DNA from: an uncultured Candidatus Peribacteria bacterium
GTDB taxonomy: Bacteria > Patescibacteriota > Gracilibacteria > Peribacterales > Peribacteraceae
Direction: 5' to 3'
Length of the DNA: 64,000 nucleotides
Assembly: GCA_964433325.1 (NCBI GenBank)
Contig: CAYSPY010000001.1
Span: 228,961 to 292,960, forward strand
Numbering within the stretch: the first letter of the stretch is position 1; each line of letters begins with the position of its first letter. The notes below the pieces were generated by a model. It did not search any database. It was given only the letters and a program-made list of their open reading frames with translations, and was not told the origin of the DNA. Shown in pieces: positions 61,180 through 64,000 of this stretch. Position numbers and translations under genes: made by a program.

Positions 61180-62361
61180 ATGCGGTCTGTCCGTAGTACA
61201 CTCTGCAATGTGTCTAAGCGTGTAATTATTGGCATTGCCCTATCCATGATTGCCGGCACGGCATTTGCGGAAGAAATTACGCCGTGGAGTTTTCTTGGTG
61301 GCACGCCTAAAGATGCAAATGTGGTGCAATTGAGTAATGCAGATATTACGCCCCAAGGACTGCACATCACAACGCAGCAAGATGGGTACATCGTGTGGAA
61401 CAATAACCCTATTGATGGCCCAACTGACGTTATTACTGTGCGCGCACAGAGTGCTCGCCCCGTCGAAGGCGCTATTTTATGGCATCCAAAAGGCTCAACA
61501 GACAACAACCTGATACAGATGAACTTTACGATCCCCGGTGGTGGGCTCATGCAGAATATTGATGTCATTGTGAATCGCTACCCACAATGGGACTGGCAAA
61601 CCGCACAGTTGGCTATCGCCTTTCCTGCAGGGAGTGACGTGACAATTGAGGAATTACAATTCCGTCACTGGCCATTCTATGAACGTTTAGGAGAAGCGTG
61701 GATGAGCTTTTGGACCTTCGATACGTTCCGCCCATTTAGTATCAACTTTTTATGGGGGCCATTGGTTGCCACCAATACACCCGAACGAGTGGCACTTTAC
61801 GAAACCTTGCCCCCCTTTGCTTGGTCTGCGACGCGGTACATGTACGGCTTACTTGGTGCTGCAGTTGTACTTGGCATTCTTGTCGGCTGGATGCGTGGCA
61901 GCAAAGCCCAAGGTGTTGCAGTATTTGCCTTGGTGCTCGCTGGTTTGTGGCTAGTGTTTGACCTTCGTATGAGTAGTGAAATCGTCTCGTATGCTGCTGA
62001 TGATATTCAGCGCTATGTTGCCCCGCCCGCAGCGCAGAAAGAACTACGAAATTTCGGCAATGTGTATGCGCATATAGAACGCTTCATACCTGCGATCAAA
62101 AAAGAAGAAAAATTTGTAATGATGAGCCCCATTCGCGAAGTGTATTTTCCGATCTCGCGCTACTTGGCGTACCCAAGCGTGATTATCGCGGACCCGAAAG
62201 AAGCAACGGGCGCAACGCTGTGGATGATTCTGGATAGAACAGATATCTGGGTAGATACAGGTTCGATGCTACGCATGGGCAATGACGTCACGCTTGCTGG
62301 CCCTGGGACCATTATCGACAAAATCGATGCATCGAATTTCCTCTTTAGTACAGCCAAATGA
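61180..62361 (+). CDS. Hypothetical protein: signal peptide, extracytoplasmic domain, two or three TM helices
   Basis: N-terminal VIIGIALSMIAGTAFA; mid-protein hydrophobic helices. ATGA overlap with the next gene. Confidence 0.65.
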   Translation: MRSVRSTLCNVSKRVIIGIALSMIAGTAFAEEITPWSFLGGTPKDANVVQLSNADITPQGLHITTQQDGYIVWNNNPIDGPTDVITVRAQSARPVEGAILWHPKGSTDNNLIQMNFTIPGGGLMQNIDVIVNRYPQWDWQTAQLAIAFPAGSDVTIEELQFRHWPFYERLGEAWMSFWTFDTFRPFSINFLWGPLVATNTPERVALYETLPPFAWSATRYMYGLLGAAVVLGILVGWMRGSKAQGVAVFALVLAGLWLVFDLRMSSEIVSYAADDIQRYVAPPAAQKELRNFGNVYAHIERFIPAIKKEEKFVMMSPIREVYFPISRYLAYPSVIIADPKEATGATLWMILDRTDIWVDTGSMLRMGNDVTLAGPGTIIDKIDASNFLFSTAK

Positions 62362-63854
62362 TTATCCTCGCCTACATCGTCGGCCTTGGTCTCCCAACGC
62401 TGAATGGAATGCTCCTGCTGAACATCTTCCAGAAACGCGCACGCGTCCTCGACCGATGGGAACATATCGCCGTTGGATTCACCCTTGGGCTGACACTAAC
62501 GATGCTCCTCACATTTTCTGCACACGTCTATGCAGGGCTTCCACTTACATTGATTGGATTCTTGGGTGTGCAAATACTCACCCTCATCATCCTTTTAATC
62601 GCTAACCGCTTTCCGCTCTCCGCTAACCGATTACCGATTACCGATAACCAAGTATCGCCCTCGTCCGTCCCCCGCTGGCTCAACATTACCCTGTGGATTT
62701 TAGTCGCATCAGTAATCTTAAAAACTCTCTTTGCTTCGACGGTGTTTTTGTTCCTAACACCAACATTTTTGGATGACACATTGGATAACTGGAACCTGCG
62801 TGCGAAGGTCTACTACATCGATCAAGCCCTTACCTTAGCGCTCCCCGGGGAACCTGCGGAAGTATCAGTAAAAGGAATTAGCTCGTACCCCCCAGCCGTT
62901 CCACTCGCAAAAACCTGGCTCGCCACACTGAATGGAAGCTGGAGCGATAGCGTCGCTAATGGAATCCATATCTTCTGGTATGCAGCAGTGTTGATCTTCC
63001 TGGCGCGCACGCTGCGAAGACTTGTAGGACCAGGGTGGGATTTGGCTGGCGTGTACTTACTTGGGAGCATGCCGCTCTATACGATGCACGGAACAAATAC
63101 GTATGCCGACCTCTTCTTGTCACTTCATGTACTCATAGCAGTTGTCTTCCCGCTACGTGCGATGCTCTCGCATGACCGTGATACACGCATGACCTTACTG
63201 CGCATAGGTGCATTAGCTGCGGGGATTATCCCGTTCACCAAGAACGAAGGACTACTCCTATACCTTCCACCATTAATTCTTCTTATTGGCCTAGGCCTAC
63301 TTATCGCGTGGAAAAAGCAGCAAATGACGATCCGCGACATCGCGGAAGTGATTGCATGGTACGCAGGGTGCTTGATTGTCCTATCGCTCCCATGGCTAGC
63401 CTTTAAATGGAGCAATGGCCTCACCTTTGGTAACGCAAAGCCTTTCACCTCTCTTGGGTTTGCCTGGCAGGATGGAATCTGGCTCGCACTCGTGATTAAC
63501 GCATTTTTTGAAGGGAACTGGTTGCTACTCTTCCCTGTATTCATTCTTCTCCTTATCTGGCGCGGGCGCAGTGCCTTTGGCATGTGGCTACCACTCACGT
63601 GTTACGTGCTCATTGTCTACCTTGGTCAGATGTTCCTATACCTCTTTACGGGGCTCTCTGCCGAAGCTCGCATGCAGACAGGGCTTGGGCGTGGAGGTGT
63701 GCAATTAATGCCAGTGATGATGCTGCTTGTAATGTTGCTCCTCGCAAGTGGCAAAGAGTTGCTGCGACAAAGTGCCGAAGCAGCATTCGGATGGGTAGGT
63801 GTTAAAAGGAACATGTTCCGCACAAAGACAGAAAGCGGTATGCTTGCGCCATGA
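62358..63854 (+). CDS. Polytopic membrane protein, possibly a GT-C-type glycosyltransferase (ArnT/PMT-like)
   Basis: At least 10 hydrophobic helices; size and loop pattern resemble GT-C enzymes. Assignment not verified. Confidence 0.5.
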   Translation: MIILAYIVGLGLPTLNGMLLLNIFQKRARVLDRWEHIAVGFTLGLTLTMLLTFSAHVYAGLPLTLIGFLGVQILTLIILLIANRFPLSANRLPITDNQVSPSSVPRWLNITLWILVASVILKTLFASTVFLFLTPTFLDDTLDNWNLRAKVYYIDQALTLALPGEPAEVSVKGISSYPPAVPLAKTWLATLNGSWSDSVANGIHIFWYAAVLIFLARTLRRLVGPGWDLAGVYLLGSMPLYTMHGTNTYADLFLSLHVLIAVVFPLRAMLSHDRDTRMTLLRIGALAAGIIPFTKNEGLLLYLPPLILLIGLGLLIAWKKQQMTIRDIAEVIAWYAGCLIVLSLPWLAFKWSNGLTFGNAKPFTSLGFAWQDGIWLALVINAFFEGNWLLLFPVFILLLIWRGRSAFGMWLPLTCYVLIVYLGQMFLYLFTGLSAEARMQTGLGRGGVQLMPVMMLLVMLLLASGKELLRQSAEAAFGWVGVKRNMFRTKTESGMLAP

Positions 63855-64000
63855 CTCCTGCAACAACCAAGATTTATGCTGCCTTTCTGGGGAATCACCC
63901 AGGATTAAGCCTTTCTGAGCTTTTTGCATGCGTACCGGGACTGACGCTTCGACGTATGGTTATGCCACAAATTGCTCTGCTTTCCAGCCCCGTCCCACTC
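63851..64000 (+). CDS. Partial CDS (N-terminal 50 codons), possibly a TRM11/COG1041-like RNA methyltransferase
   Basis: ATGA overlap with the upstream stop. MTPATTKIYAAFLGNHPGLSLSELFACVPG resembles the FILGR.PELSLAEL N-terminus of that family (memory only). Runs off the window. Confidence 0.3.
   Translation, partial: MTPATTKIYAAFLGNHPGLSLSELFACVPGLTLRRMVMPQIALLSSPVPL

Noticed and set aside
1-64000. Alternative genetic code (UGA recoding)
   Set aside because: Long conserved genes (uvrA, ileS, alaS, res) are uninterrupted under the standard code. TGA terminates several well-defined genes, for example the recombinase, mod, and the 39-aa micro-ORF.

Overview
This is a bacterial chromosomal segment read with the standard genetic code; TGA, TAA and TAG all end long ORFs. 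It holds about 65 protein genes, two tRNAs, one scrambled tRNA copy and a tmRNA. GC is near 50% by eye. Three patches are clearly AT-rich: the Type III R-M genes at 6.6-10.9 kb, a membrane-protein gene at 45.9-46.6 kb, and the stretch just 3' of ssrA at 47.9-48.4 kb.

The left end looks like an integration and defence hot spot. It carries the 3' part of a large serine recombinase whose last codons run into an antisense tRNA-Gln. Next come tRNA-Arg and a degenerate tRNA-Arg copy, a divergent histidine-phosphatase / AAA-ATPase pair, an SLH surface protein, Type III mod-res, and a decayed dinD-like gene.

The rest of the window contains:
- housekeeping genes: uvrA, ileS, alaS, msrB and a trhO-like gene;
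- transport genes: a polyamine-type ABC transporter, an MFS transporter and an aquaporin;
- a TspO/DUF2177/DUF1295 operon and two tandem Cache-type histidine kinases;
- many secreted or membrane hypothetical proteins.

Most unusual observations:
1. ileS is about 1438 codons long because two complete histidine-phosphatase (PGAM-like) domains sit inside the catalytic core.
2. A RelA/SpoT homologue has intact HD hydrolase motifs, degenerate synthetase motifs and a C-terminal EamA-like membrane domain. Two paralogous unknown genes flank it.
3. A GC-rich, heavily base-paired non-coding segment of about 230 nt (28.2-28.5 kb) is bracketed by two perfect 13-bp hairpins.
4. A two-hairpin palindromic repeat family occurs in five intergenic copies.
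5. Many genes show TATAAT-N6-ATG geometry, suggesting leaderless mRNAs.
6. Several micro-ORFs are missing from the ORF track: a Lys-rich 39-aa ORF and an operon of small Cys-containing membrane proteins.

No CRISPR array, rRNA or transposase was seen. All domain calls come from motif recognition by eye, not from database searches.
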